Virus record (IMG/VR): IMGVR_UViG_3300008339_000021
Location: 26,206-90,205 of that record
From: a virus
Direction: 5' to 3' (one strand)
Length of the DNA: 64,000 bases
Part shown: piece by piece, positions 21,601 to 30,900 of the stretch
How positions within the stretch are numbered: the first letter of the stretch is position 1
Layout of the letters: each line of letters opens with the position of its first letter
Program-made: the position numbers and the translations under genes
Notes under the pieces: model-generated
What the model saw: the letters and a program-made list of their open reading frames with translations, nothing else
What the model was told of the DNA's origin: nothing
Database searches by the model: none

Positions 21601-24600
21601 TTTTAGATTTTTATAAGTTTTATAATGTTCTCTTAGCATATCTATGGTGATAGGGTCATACTCATTTTTTAGTATTCCTTTATCCAACATGTCTTGTCTT
21701 ATCTCTGCAACGAATGGAACTTTTTCTGTACCCTTAGAACCTGTATTAAAATACTCTAATGTCTTTTCTAGATAGTTTGGATTTGCAGTACCAAATAATG
21801 AATGTGCTTTTGATTCTTCTGAAACAACTTCCATTCCTGGAATCTCTAATTGTTTTCCTGCTGATTTTCCACTAACTAATTGTAGTTCTTTTAATTGCTC
21901 ATCTAAGTATGTTATATTAGCTTCTTTATTTGCAAATGATCCTAGATAATGACCAAGTTCATGTGCAGTAACTTTTTTAAGATCTCCTGCTGCAAACTTA
22001 TCTCCACTTACAAATAATTGATTGTCTTTCATTCCATAGAAACCAGCCTTATCTCCAAATATTTTTTCTGTTTCTGATATAGCAGTATTAACAGAATTTA
22101 ATTCTGCTTCTAAAGGGTCAACTAAATTTTTATAATCTTGTGTTGACATCTTACCTTCATCATAAAAAATAGTAAAATAATCTATTTGATCTTCTAAACT
22201 TTTTCTTTTATTTAATTGGTTGCCATAAACTTTATTTAAATTATTCATTGTAGACATACCCTCTATCAAGGTTTCTGGTGTTTGTCCAGCTAATGATGGA
22301 GTATTGTCAATCATTAACTGTAATCTTCTTTTGCCTTCTTCAGTTTGCCATAACTCAATTTTGTTATTTCTCATGTCATCAATGACATTGGCAGCAATTT
22401 CATTATCTGATTTATTTACTATTTGTTTTGCTTGAGTTGAAATTGATTCTTGAGATACTCCTGTGGATTGTGAAGCTTTCCATTCTTTAAACATTTCTGC
22501 ATCTTTTGCAGTACCTAATGGAAGAACTTGTTCTGGCTCAAATGCTACATATGTATTACCACCTTCTCCCTGAAACATGTCTCTACCTATTACACCATCT
22601 GCTCCTTCTAATCTAGCTTCTGTAGGTGTAATAAGATTTGATCCTAAACCACTTCCTCTAAACTCTTTAGCTTTATCAGTAAACTCATATGATTGATCAA
22701 GGACTGTAGGATTTTCTAAATTTAACAAGACAGGTTTTCTTGTCCCTTTCATTTCCTCTAATTCATATAACCATCCTTTATCTTGTGTTGCATAGAATGG
22801 TCTTCCACTTTCAGCAAGAACTTCATCTCCTCTATTAACATGATAAAGAATATCCTGTGCTGAACTATTAGGAAATGTTTGTCTTAAATACTCAGCATAT
22901 TCATCTGCCGTACCAATTTTACTTAACTCAGGATAACTATTATATATGGATTCAATTTCTGGAGTAACACCTGAAACTCCTGCAATGCCTAGTTGATCAT
23001 CTGCTGTAGTTAATGCTTGTTCTTCTGCAAGAGCTTGATCAATATTCAATGGTTGTCTAGTTGTGTTAAGTCCTTCAACTGTTCCAGAAACTTCTTTTAT
23101 AGTTGCCTTCTCTGTATTTAATAAAACATATTCAGGTTGACCAAAAAGATTTGTACCTTCTATATAATCATAACCTTGTTTTTGGAGATCTTTAAGTACT
23201 GATTGTTTTATTCTTTCCATAGAACCCTCATACTTATATCCTTTAGCATTTGAGGGAAGTCTAATTTCATGTAGACCACCATTTGGATTTTCTCTAGCAT
23301 ATTTTAAAGCCCAAGATCCTTCTTCAAGATCTGGTGACATATAAAAGCCTGCATAACTTCTACCTTTTTTATTTTGTCTTTGAGCTAATCTTAATGGGTC
23401 TATATCAGCTACTGTTGCATTTTTATCAAGACCTCCGTGATAGAAAACTATATCATCAGTATTTTGTGTTATTGTATTCTGATTAAGAGGATCATATGAT
23501 TTAGCAACTTCTTTATATTCATCTGGTAATATAAATTCTTTTTCAGGCTGTCCTGCAAATGATAATGCTGCTGGATCATTTTTAACATTATATTCTTCTA
23601 ATTTTGAAAATGGTACTTTAGTTTCTAAATATACCATCTCATTTGCTTTATCAATATACTGACCAGTTACTGGATCAAACACATATGTATTAACAGCATG
23701 TGGTGCACCCCTTTCTCCTACTTTTTGTGTACTCCACCATTTACCAGCTGTATTCTGAGGAAAAAATGAACCTATGCGTTCTACACCATTTTCATCTACA
23801 TATCTTATTGCAGCTGGATCTTGCATAGCCTCTGCTATTTCTGATTCAGACATTTCAGCTACTGGTCCATAATCCCAATTATTATACTCATTAGCAGTTT
23901 TACTTTCTGAAGGTAAATATCCTGGAATTTCACTTCTATATAAAGAAACTTCAGTATCTAATGTTTTTGGAATATTTTCATATACTTGAGCAGCTGTTTT
24001 GCCTTCATTCAAAAGAGTGTTAATGTTTGCACCTATATATCTGCTATTATTTGTTAAGCTTCCAATATTACTTCTCATTATTTTAAATTCACCAAGATTT
24101 GCATACTTAGTAAATCTATTTAATGGGTTTGTTAAATTAGTAAATGCTTCAGTTGCATTTCCAATATTTGGATTACCCACAACTAAACCACTCTGTAAGG
24201 GTGAATTATATAAAAATGAATAATTACCTGATGTAGGTAATACACCGAGACTACCCGGCTTTCTAAGTTCATTAATTGCTTTAAATGTATTTGCCGCAGG
24301 TTTAATAAGTGGTAAAACACCTAGACCTCCCCATAGTAAATTTTCAAATCCTTTAGCATGATCTCCTTCTGAAAACCCTTCATAGGCTTGTTGAATATGT
24401 CCTTGTGGTTTTAATGCTTCATATGCAAAATATGCATTAAGAGCATTACCTCCTGTTAACCATGGTAGAGATTTAATTGGTGCATAAGCTAAAGCTCTTG
24501 ATGCTCCTATAAGACCTAAACCTCCCATAGCAATTGTTCCTGGTAGATTATAAAGAAATGAACTTTGAAAATCCTGCATGTTGTCAGCAAGCATTGCTTT

Positions 24601-26325
24601 CTCATATTTATCAGCTTCTTCTTGAGTCATGTAAACTGTTTGCCCAGCCATCTCATCTGGGGTAACAAATTTTGTCAATTGTTCTCCTGTTATAGGATCT
24701 TTACCAGCAGGAACCTCAAATTGATATTGATAGTATTGACCACCCCAACCATCTTCATCACCTCCAACATACATTTTATTAGGTCTCCATTCATCTGTTT
24801 CACTAATTTGAACAGCTACTTTACCTTTTTTCCAATCTTCTTCATCTTGTTCTATTGTTGGAAAATATTTTTTCTTATATGCTTGTGGTTCTAAGTTTTG
24901 GTAATCTTTTAAATTATTTATTAATGCTTTATCTAAGTCTGTTGGTTCTACTACTAGATTTTTATATGTATCATCAGCAGCAAGTTTTACAAGTTCATTT
25001 GATTTTGGTTTCCACCCCCATTTACCTGAACGTAGTGCTTGAAGTATTTGTGCACCCCATTCTTGTCTACCAGTAGCATTAGGAGAAACAATATCTATAT
25101 TAGCACCATGACTATCAATAAATTCTCTATCTCTTGCTAGAGTAATAATATCATTATCTGTCCACCTATCTATTAGATCTGTTGTTTGATCTTTCTCATA
25201 TGGTTTTTCATAATCATCACTATATGCTATATAAGCTTTTGCATAGTTTTCTATTTCTTTAAAATCTTTTCCATATGATTTATAAAGATCTTCTTTTGTT
25301 CCTAGTTTTTTTACATTAGCTAAATAACTTACTGCATTATCTAAACTATATCCTTTCTTCTCCATTAAATCAAGGACAGCTTTCTTAGTTTGATATTCAT
25401 GGTATTCATCTGCTTGACCCATGAAATCTCCAAAGTAATTTTCTATAGTTTCTTTAGTACCTACACCAAGTTTATTTATTATATCATCTGTTCTAAGACC
25501 ACTATCCCATATTCTTGTATAAATTTCATTTGATGGAAATAATTCTACATTTCCAGTAGTTTCATTTTTATTTATAAAGTAACCTTGAGCCTTAAGTTGA
25601 TTTTCATATTCAGGATCTGTACTTAATCTTGATTCATATTCAGTTAATGGAATTGTTTCAAGTGGATCTAGTTTGTCAAACTTATTTTTCTTTTTAAAGT
25701 CTGCTTCTCTTTGAGCTAATTTTTCTTGCCATAATCTTTCTTCTTCTTCTTCTCTCTTTTTTTGTTCTTCAGCCAGTCTTAATTTTTCTTCTTCTTCTAT
25801 TTGAAGTCCTACAGCTTCTCTTTCTGCTTCAAGTTTTGCTATTGCTTCTGGAGTAAGACACTGTCCCATATAAGGACTTGTACCTGGTTGACATACTAAT
25901 GGATTACCATTTATATCTACTGGTGCATATGGATTACTTTCTACAGAGGTTACTGTGTTACCTGAGATACCTTTATAGAAAGCCGGGGTTCCTATGGGTG
26001 CTGTTACCATATTTCCTGTATACAAATCTGTTTTGTATCCATAAGGAAATACTGTTGGTAAAGTATTTATTATTTCTTCTTCAGTTTTTTGATCAGTTGG
26101 TAATGTATTTACTAGTTGTTCATTAGTTATTTGAACAGGTTGAATTAATGAAGGATCTACTGGTGTTGATCCTAACAAAGGATCAGTAGGAAAAAATCCT
26201 TCTACTGGACTATTCCAATTTGATGTTACAACTGGTTGAGTTTCTTTATTTTTTTTTCTTCTTAAAAATTTAGGAGGCCAAGCTGTTTGTTCTTGTGGTA
26301 TTCCTGTTATTTTATACTTTGCCAT
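18697..26325 (-). CDS. Giant polyvalent cargo protein (2542 aa): three ADP-ribosyltransferase-like domains, HExxH zincin, Pol-beta-type nucleotidyltransferase
   Basis: Motifs LYRSE..GKWWST..EKEFILP; FYHGG..GFYMS..GYDYI..EYVLLN; LYHV..FYAT..LLNLENP..GADGVI..YVAFEPEQV; TAHELGH; VFGSS..GDIDV..LDF. Confidence 0.7.
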   Translation of the reverse strand: MAKYKITGIPQEQTAWPPKFLRRKKNKETQPVVTSNWNSPVEGFFPTDPLLGSTPVDPSLIQPVQITNEQLVNTLPTDQKTEEEIINTLPTVFPYGYKTDLYTGNMVTAPIGTPAFYKGISGNTVTSVESNPYAPVDINGNPLVCQPGTSPYMGQCLTPEAIAKLEAEREAVGLQIEEEEKLRLAEEQKKREEEEERLWQEKLAQREADFKKKNKFDKLDPLETIPLTEYESRLSTDPEYENQLKAQGYFINKNETTGNVELFPSNEIYTRIWDSGLRTDDIINKLGVGTKETIENYFGDFMGQADEYHEYQTKKAVLDLMEKKGYSLDNAVSYLANVKKLGTKEDLYKSYGKDFKEIENYAKAYIAYSDDYEKPYEKDQTTDLIDRWTDNDIITLARDREFIDSHGANIDIVSPNATGRQEWGAQILQALRSGKWGWKPKSNELVKLAADDTYKNLVVEPTDLDKALINNLKDYQNLEPQAYKKKYFPTIEQDEEDWKKGKVAVQISETDEWRPNKMYVGGDEDGWGGQYYQYQFEVPAGKDPITGEQLTKFVTPDEMAGQTVYMTQEEADKYEKAMLADNMQDFQSSFLYNLPGTIAMGGLGLIGASRALAYAPIKSLPWLTGGNALNAYFAYEALKPQGHIQQAYEGFSEGDHAKGFENLLWGGLGVLPLIKPAANTFKAINELRKPGSLGVLPTSGNYSFLYNSPLQSGLVVGNPNIGNATEAFTNLTNPLNRFTKYANLGEFKIMRSNIGSLTNNSRYIGANINTLLNEGKTAAQVYENIPKTLDTEVSLYRSEIPGYLPSESKTANEYNNWDYGPVAEMSESEIAEAMQDPAAIRYVDENGVERIGSFFPQNTAGKWWSTQKVGERGAPHAVNTYVFDPVTGQYIDKANEMVYLETKVPFSKLEEYNVKNDPAALSFAGQPEKEFILPDEYKEVAKSYDPLNQNTITQNTDDIVFYHGGLDKNATVADIDPLRLAQRQNKKGRSYAGFYMSPDLEEGSWALKYARENPNGGLHEIRLPSNAKGYKYEGSMERIKQSVLKDLQKQGYDYIEGTNLFGQPEYVLLNTEKATIKEVSGTVEGLNTTRQPLNIDQALAEEQALTTADDQLGIAGVSGVTPEIESIYNSYPELSKIGTADEYAEYLRQTFPNSSAQDILYHVNRGDEVLAESGRPFYATQDKGWLYELEEMKGTRKPVLLNLENPTVLDQSYEFTDKAKEFRGSGLGSNLITPTEARLEGADGVIGRDMFQGEGGNTYVAFEPEQVLPLGTAKDAEMFKEWKASQSTGVSQESISTQAKQIVNKSDNEIAANVIDDMRNNKIELWQTEEGKRRLQLMIDNTPSLAGQTPETLIEGMSTMNNLNKVYGNQLNKRKSLEDQIDYFTIFYDEGKMSTQDYKNLVDPLEAELNSVNTAISETEKIFGDKAGFYGMKDNQLFVSGDKFAAGDLKKVTAHELGHYLGSFANKEANITYLDEQLKELQLVSGKSAGKQLEIPGMEVVSEESKAHSLFGTANPNYLEKTLEYFNTGSKGTEKVPFVAEIRQDMLDKGILKNEYDPITIDMLREHYKTYKNLKGEKYPLRLYDIMENNPKNFSILKNVINALPIIAGGVATTLSLANEEQTDGNVTQAGAPIMILAAFLSRNPKIKIPNQLRTLMSDYGKKGLKALNTVNKVNYFNNQIKALAKEHDELVKELGSVWPDDWAVDPSKKGLLAREEELGKLLNTKKRKFENYFEDKNRLIPKSRKMYERQQDINKYSKIKQDFVKTGEGLEQTQPSIYKGAVTTGEQVVTDFSTGEKIKAQVELPKVDVKYSIQDGELVVKDASTNEPVISQEYVNSLSNSKQKVETDIPGAKVFGSSVLVTEAGMPHITGDIDVLISESAYNKNVKDKFSFVQDYGPAKQHSVYPQYGQEGTLDFNIVHENPNGTVKPVWRKDVNTQEETSLEVELFRQFYPEQFQKASIESIKTGKPIEINMSTEEFMNGIDSKVKTVIDSYEATPLTKWGSYKSSKEKHIVRPDVLIEYGDPAVVAKGQEAYIKSIAGHKATLGHQFKVEDLSDPAKNMDALIAMGFKGDDVVRVANDPARMQLALNDYYINMTTFTREISPHNLPLTTDKVKTIENALTEWYPAAGGGSLNGMGLNTVRKGNPIHVYDTENAIIGHRQIGIKTDISNPEAYVKSINRATSGTYVYTPEEAKQVQEIFLKYLPQYKYQLDNIKESRDILNLIIADSDYTQGKLALDEMAETMGIRAIAKDADIATPTYGASRSQYASLFGNFDELVDSMLYSYKKYHTAPKSGFQRKEKLESLIANKASTSSQISTIDDFNKINSIIDNGIINANTRLSLIRNEYNALIAQQEALINKFTKGAQTEYNAVEKRIQELQTRASEIYNERQILEVKKNKFKSKLQNVGLAVGATGALVGIYYAGQIPTETEQQLIDRGIDYELFTDDKDLYPTARRYIYNNPKAQVWPSGERIIIKNGRVMPPVSLTVINDEIVFDPNYQMNQGTTNKKQFGGDSNFLEMELTDKEIEDYIRKGYTVIEE

Positions 26326-27953
26326 TATTTTACGATTTCAAATGTATAACCTAGTTTTTCTAATTCTAATTTAGTAGCTTCATCTACTTCATCTCCTATA
26401 TCATATTCTCCTCCTGATTGCCATTTAGTTAGTCTTGGAATAGAAATATCTTCTACTACATAACCACCCTTTACATATTGATCAATTTCATTTTGAGTAA
26501 GTTCAGTTTCAATAGGTGTTGGATTGGTTCTAGCTTTTTCTTCTAGCTCTTTAATTTTTGCTCCATATTCCATCTCTGGAGAAAATCTAGATACATAAGC
26601 AGTTCTTCCATTACCTGGTTTCATTCCAGACCACATACCTACATTAAAATCAAAGTCTGATGCCCTACCATTGCTATCTACATAGATAGGTTTTCCATCT
26701 TCTCTATAATGGGAAAATGTCATAGCATGGGAAGTACCCGGTCCCTTAATATTTATTATATCTCCAGTCTGTAGTAATCCTTTTTCTTGTGCATCAAAAT
26801 CTGGGTCAGTTGTTTTAGTTACTCTTTCAAAAGGTACAGTACCTTTATTTACAGCATTAATAAATTTATCATTTGACTCAAATGCAGTTTTAGAAACATC
26901 ACTAAACTCAGGCTCACACATCCAACCTGATCCTGCAGCCCACATACAGTTTGCAGGATTAGGCATTCCCAATCTACTTTCTAAAGTTGGTACACCTCTG
27001 TTTTTCCAAGCAGTTGCTGCACTCATGCCTTTACCTTCTTCTGGATAAACATCATATATAACATCCCATGCTGTATCTACAACTTCTTGTGGAAGGTATC
27101 TTCCTCTATCCAACATTTCTTGGATCTGATCTGTTTCTAAACAACGTCCTTCATCAACACATAATGTTTCAGTACCTGTTACTACATCTGATATCTCTGC
27201 TTCTTTTTTAACTGGAATCTCTGGAAATTCTTTTTGCTCAACAATACCTCTCAAATGATATGGTATAGGAACCATATAATTTGACATTGCATTATTAGTT
27301 TTATCTGCAGGTGCAGCATCTGGATTTTGTTGTCTCCATATATAATAGTCCTGAAGCATATTCTGCATGTAATTATAATCTTCAGGCAACCATTGTGTAG
27401 GTTCTCCTATTTGAGTTTCTGCAGCTTTAATTTGCTGATCCCATTCTTCTGGGGATTCTGGAAAAACACCGGGAATATATGTAGGTACTATTTGAACAGG
27501 TGATACATCTCCACCACCTTGAAAGTACATTGCTTGTGGATCATAGATCTTTTTCTTATAGTTCTTCTTTTTGAATAAAGGATTCTTTTTAAATAAAGAG
27601 TTCTTTTTACTTTTTGCAAATATTCTATTAGTGGCTAATAAACTTTTAGAATACTTTTTACTACCACCTTTCTTTGCTTCTTCTAATGGAACTTCAGTAA
27701 CTACATTTGTATCAAACTGATGCATACCGGAATATGGAGAAAGAACTTTTCCATTTGCCATAATAGGCACTCCTGTATTAGACATATCAATTGTACCATC
27801 CTCAGTATAGATATCCATTGACTGTTTGTTTCTAAATGGAGAATCATCTCTGTATCCCATTTTAGAATTATAATCAATGTCTCTTTTCTTAGCCGGCTTT
27901 TTTGCTTTGTCTAAGTTTTTTAAAGTTTCTAAAAGTAACTTCTTGTTATACAT
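26325..27953 (-). CDS. Virion protein with NlpC/P60/CHAP-like papain-fold peptidase domain (542 aa)
   Basis: Catalytic-type arrangement NCMWAAG ... LQTGDIINIKG..SHAMTF (Cys 26946-26948, His 26727-26729). Confidence 0.6.
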   Translation of the reverse strand: MYNKKLLLETLKNLDKAKKPAKKRDIDYNSKMGYRDDSPFRNKQSMDIYTEDGTIDMSNTGVPIMANGKVLSPYSGMHQFDTNVVTEVPLEEAKKGGSKKYSKSLLATNRIFAKSKKNSLFKKNPLFKKKNYKKKIYDPQAMYFQGGGDVSPVQIVPTYIPGVFPESPEEWDQQIKAAETQIGEPTQWLPEDYNYMQNMLQDYYIWRQQNPDAAPADKTNNAMSNYMVPIPYHLRGIVEQKEFPEIPVKKEAEISDVVTGTETLCVDEGRCLETDQIQEMLDRGRYLPQEVVDTAWDVIYDVYPEEGKGMSAATAWKNRGVPTLESRLGMPNPANCMWAAGSGWMCEPEFSDVSKTAFESNDKFINAVNKGTVPFERVTKTTDPDFDAQEKGLLQTGDIINIKGPGTSHAMTFSHYREDGKPIYVDSNGRASDFDFNVGMWSGMKPGNGRTAYVSRFSPEMEYGAKIKELEEKARTNPTPIETELTQNEIDQYVKGGYVVEDISIPRLTKWQSGGEYDIGDEVDEATKLELEKLGYTFEIVK

Positions 27954-30900
27954 TATCTTGGAGAATATTGTGTTTTTGTATTTACTATTTTTAAGATCAT
28001 GTTTGTATCCCTTGAGTTACTCTTAGATAGTTTTAGAAAATTAATATAATGCCTAAACTTTTTCCTTTGTAATTCAGGTTTAGCATAATCTAAATTTAGT
28101 AAATTTAATACTTTATCATATCCATTAGGTGCAGTAACCCAAATGTTTCTATCTTCATAATTTCCTAAAAGTACAGTAGAATCTGGACTTGGAAAATATG
28201 GTCCAGGTGCTGGAGGATATGATGACCCAATTGGAAATTCTCCTCTATCTTTAGTTATATCCCAAAATTGATTTATTCTATACTTGTTTTCTTCCTTAGA
28301 GTAAAGTATATCATAACTAGCTTGATTAGATCCAAGCTTTGGAAATTGAAGAGATAATGGTATATCATTCTTTGGATAAAGATTTAAATTCAAATATCCT
28401 GATACTTGTTCTGTATTATGTATTACAGCCTGATCAAAATTATAATCAAGAATATGGAACTGATCTATACATAAGTTTCTATCTCTTCTGTAGCACTCTA
28501 AATAGTATTCAATACTTTTTATAGTATTAATCATCTGAGCAGTAACAACTGGTAATTCAATTTCAAATGGATATTGTACACCATAGAAATTACAATAGTC
28601 ATTACAATATGCACTGTGTTTCCATATACCATCTACCTTAGTTGTTAAGAATGTTCCTTTACTTGGTATATAGAAATTAGGATGCCAGTCATGAAAACTA
28701 ATCCAAAATTGTAATTTAGGGTCATAACTTATTGTCCATGATGCATCAGTAAAGTATTGTGGATTTCCTAATTTAAATTTATTGTATCTAGTTGGTTTAC
28801 CATCTGGACCAAATGTAACTGGTATCATAAAGTTATCATAGAAAGAATCATAGATAACTTGATTTTTATATTCATCTTTTAATCTAAAATCTCTTTTAGA
28901 AAAATATAATACACTATTGTCATTATCATAACTTGCCATGCAAGATATACCAGCAACTGGATTATCTGTGTGTGGATAATTAGGGAAATCCTCAAGTAGT
29001 TTGAATGGTAAGAATTCACTGAACCACCATTTCATTCCATCTTGTGATATCTCTGTTAAGCCTTCTCTGTAGGAAAATACTTTACCCTGATTTTGTGAAA
29101 TATAATAAAGTCCGGCTGGAGTTGATACTACACCATATTTATTTTGAGATGATCCATATTCATATGGTTTTTCAGCTACTACTACATTTTGAGGAGCTTG
29201 TTCAAATAAACCTCCATCTCCAACAGTAACTTTAGTTCCACTATCATCCAATTGTATAGAATCAACACCTTGATAAATTAAAGGACTGTCATTTTCAAAT
29301 GTGATAAATAAACCTGTCTTAGCAAAACTTTTTACTGAACTAAGTTTACTTTTAAAGTCTACTTTATTTAAAGGCAAAAATGTTCTCCATGCATCTATAT
29401 TACTTGCATCTTGTTGTTGTAAAGAATAGGTTACTCTATTAGGATAAGTTACATAACATAACTCAGCAATATTTGGATCATATGAAACACCCTGAAGATA
29501 TCCTGCTGTAAAATACTGATTAAATAAAAATCTAGATGCACTTAAACTAAAGTCATATGCATAGAAATTTCCTTTTGTAAGAATTTGTGGATTTGAATCA
29601 AACAAAGATGGAAGATCAGTATAGTTATATTTACTATATGGTCTTTCATAATCAAATGTTCCAACATCTCTAAAATCAACTAGTACTTCTGACTCAACAA
29701 AGAAATCTCTAATTCCATTTGCAGATGTATAAAAATAAGAATCTTTTACTCCAAATATGCCTGGATAAATTAACCATGAATTATTTGAAATACTATAGTA
29801 TACATTATCTAAATCATAATAACTTCTAGGCAATAATCCATCTCCATAATCAGGAGTACTCTGAAACATATCAAGAATATTTTGTAGATTAAAATCACTA
29901 ATATCCCATGGTTGACTATTAACTTGAAACTTTGGTTCAGGAATCATTTGATTTAAGAAATAATTCCATTCAATATTATCTGGAACATCATACAACCATT
30001 CATAAAAGAAGTGCATGATGTTTTTTTCTGTAAACCTATTTATATAGGTATCTCCACCAAAAAATACTGGAGTATATAATTTTTTTTGTGTAAAGTTCTC
30101 AATACTACATGTATTACCAAAACTTGTAGAGCTTAATGTATTTGCTCCACTTGTAGCTTGAAAATTAATTTTTTGTTCACATGGTGTTGCTACTACTTGT
30201 TGTATAGTATCAACTTGTCCATATTGATTTTCAATTCTGTATTTTAGACCAACATAGTGACTAGCAATATTATTTATAAAATTATTTGATTTACCAGTAT
30301 CTCTCCAATTTATTTTATTTGGTGTAAAAGCACTTCCACCTGGAATACTAGCAAGGGGGTTAAATGTTCTAATTGCATAATTTAAAGTCATAAGAGATTG
30401 ATCTATACTATCTCCATTTCCTTGTAATAAATAATGAGGACCCATACTAGTTCCTGTAGCATTTCCTCTTTTAGTTCTTACTACTGCTAACTTAGGTCTT
30501 TTAATATTATTGATTGTATATTTTTTAAGATTTCCAGAACTATCAATAAATTCAGGCATAGCTTGTAATTGATCATATACATATATACCTTCTTCCATTA
30601 CAAATCTTTTATCAAAGGAGTCATTAGGTTTTACAAATCTCCAGTAATCTCCATGACTTACCATCTCTAATGCATATTGTCTTTTTCTTACAATAGCATA
30701 AATTGTTTCTGTTGCTAGTTGTGCACCTTCAACAAAATAAAATAATAACTGACCACCATTGCTTATACCACCTAAGAAGTTATTAATTGTAGGTCCAAGC
30801 ATTTCATAACCAGTATATGTTTTATCATATGTTGGTGTTGTAATATATTTACCATCTTGAGCAACTTGCTCATATGTAGTTTTAAATAAATTTTCAAGTG

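Noticed and set aside
1-26325. Virion RNA polymerase among the giant proteins
   Set aside because: No DxDxD catalytic motif (DFDID/DFDGD-like) seen in the visible giant ORFs. It may lie beyond the left edge.
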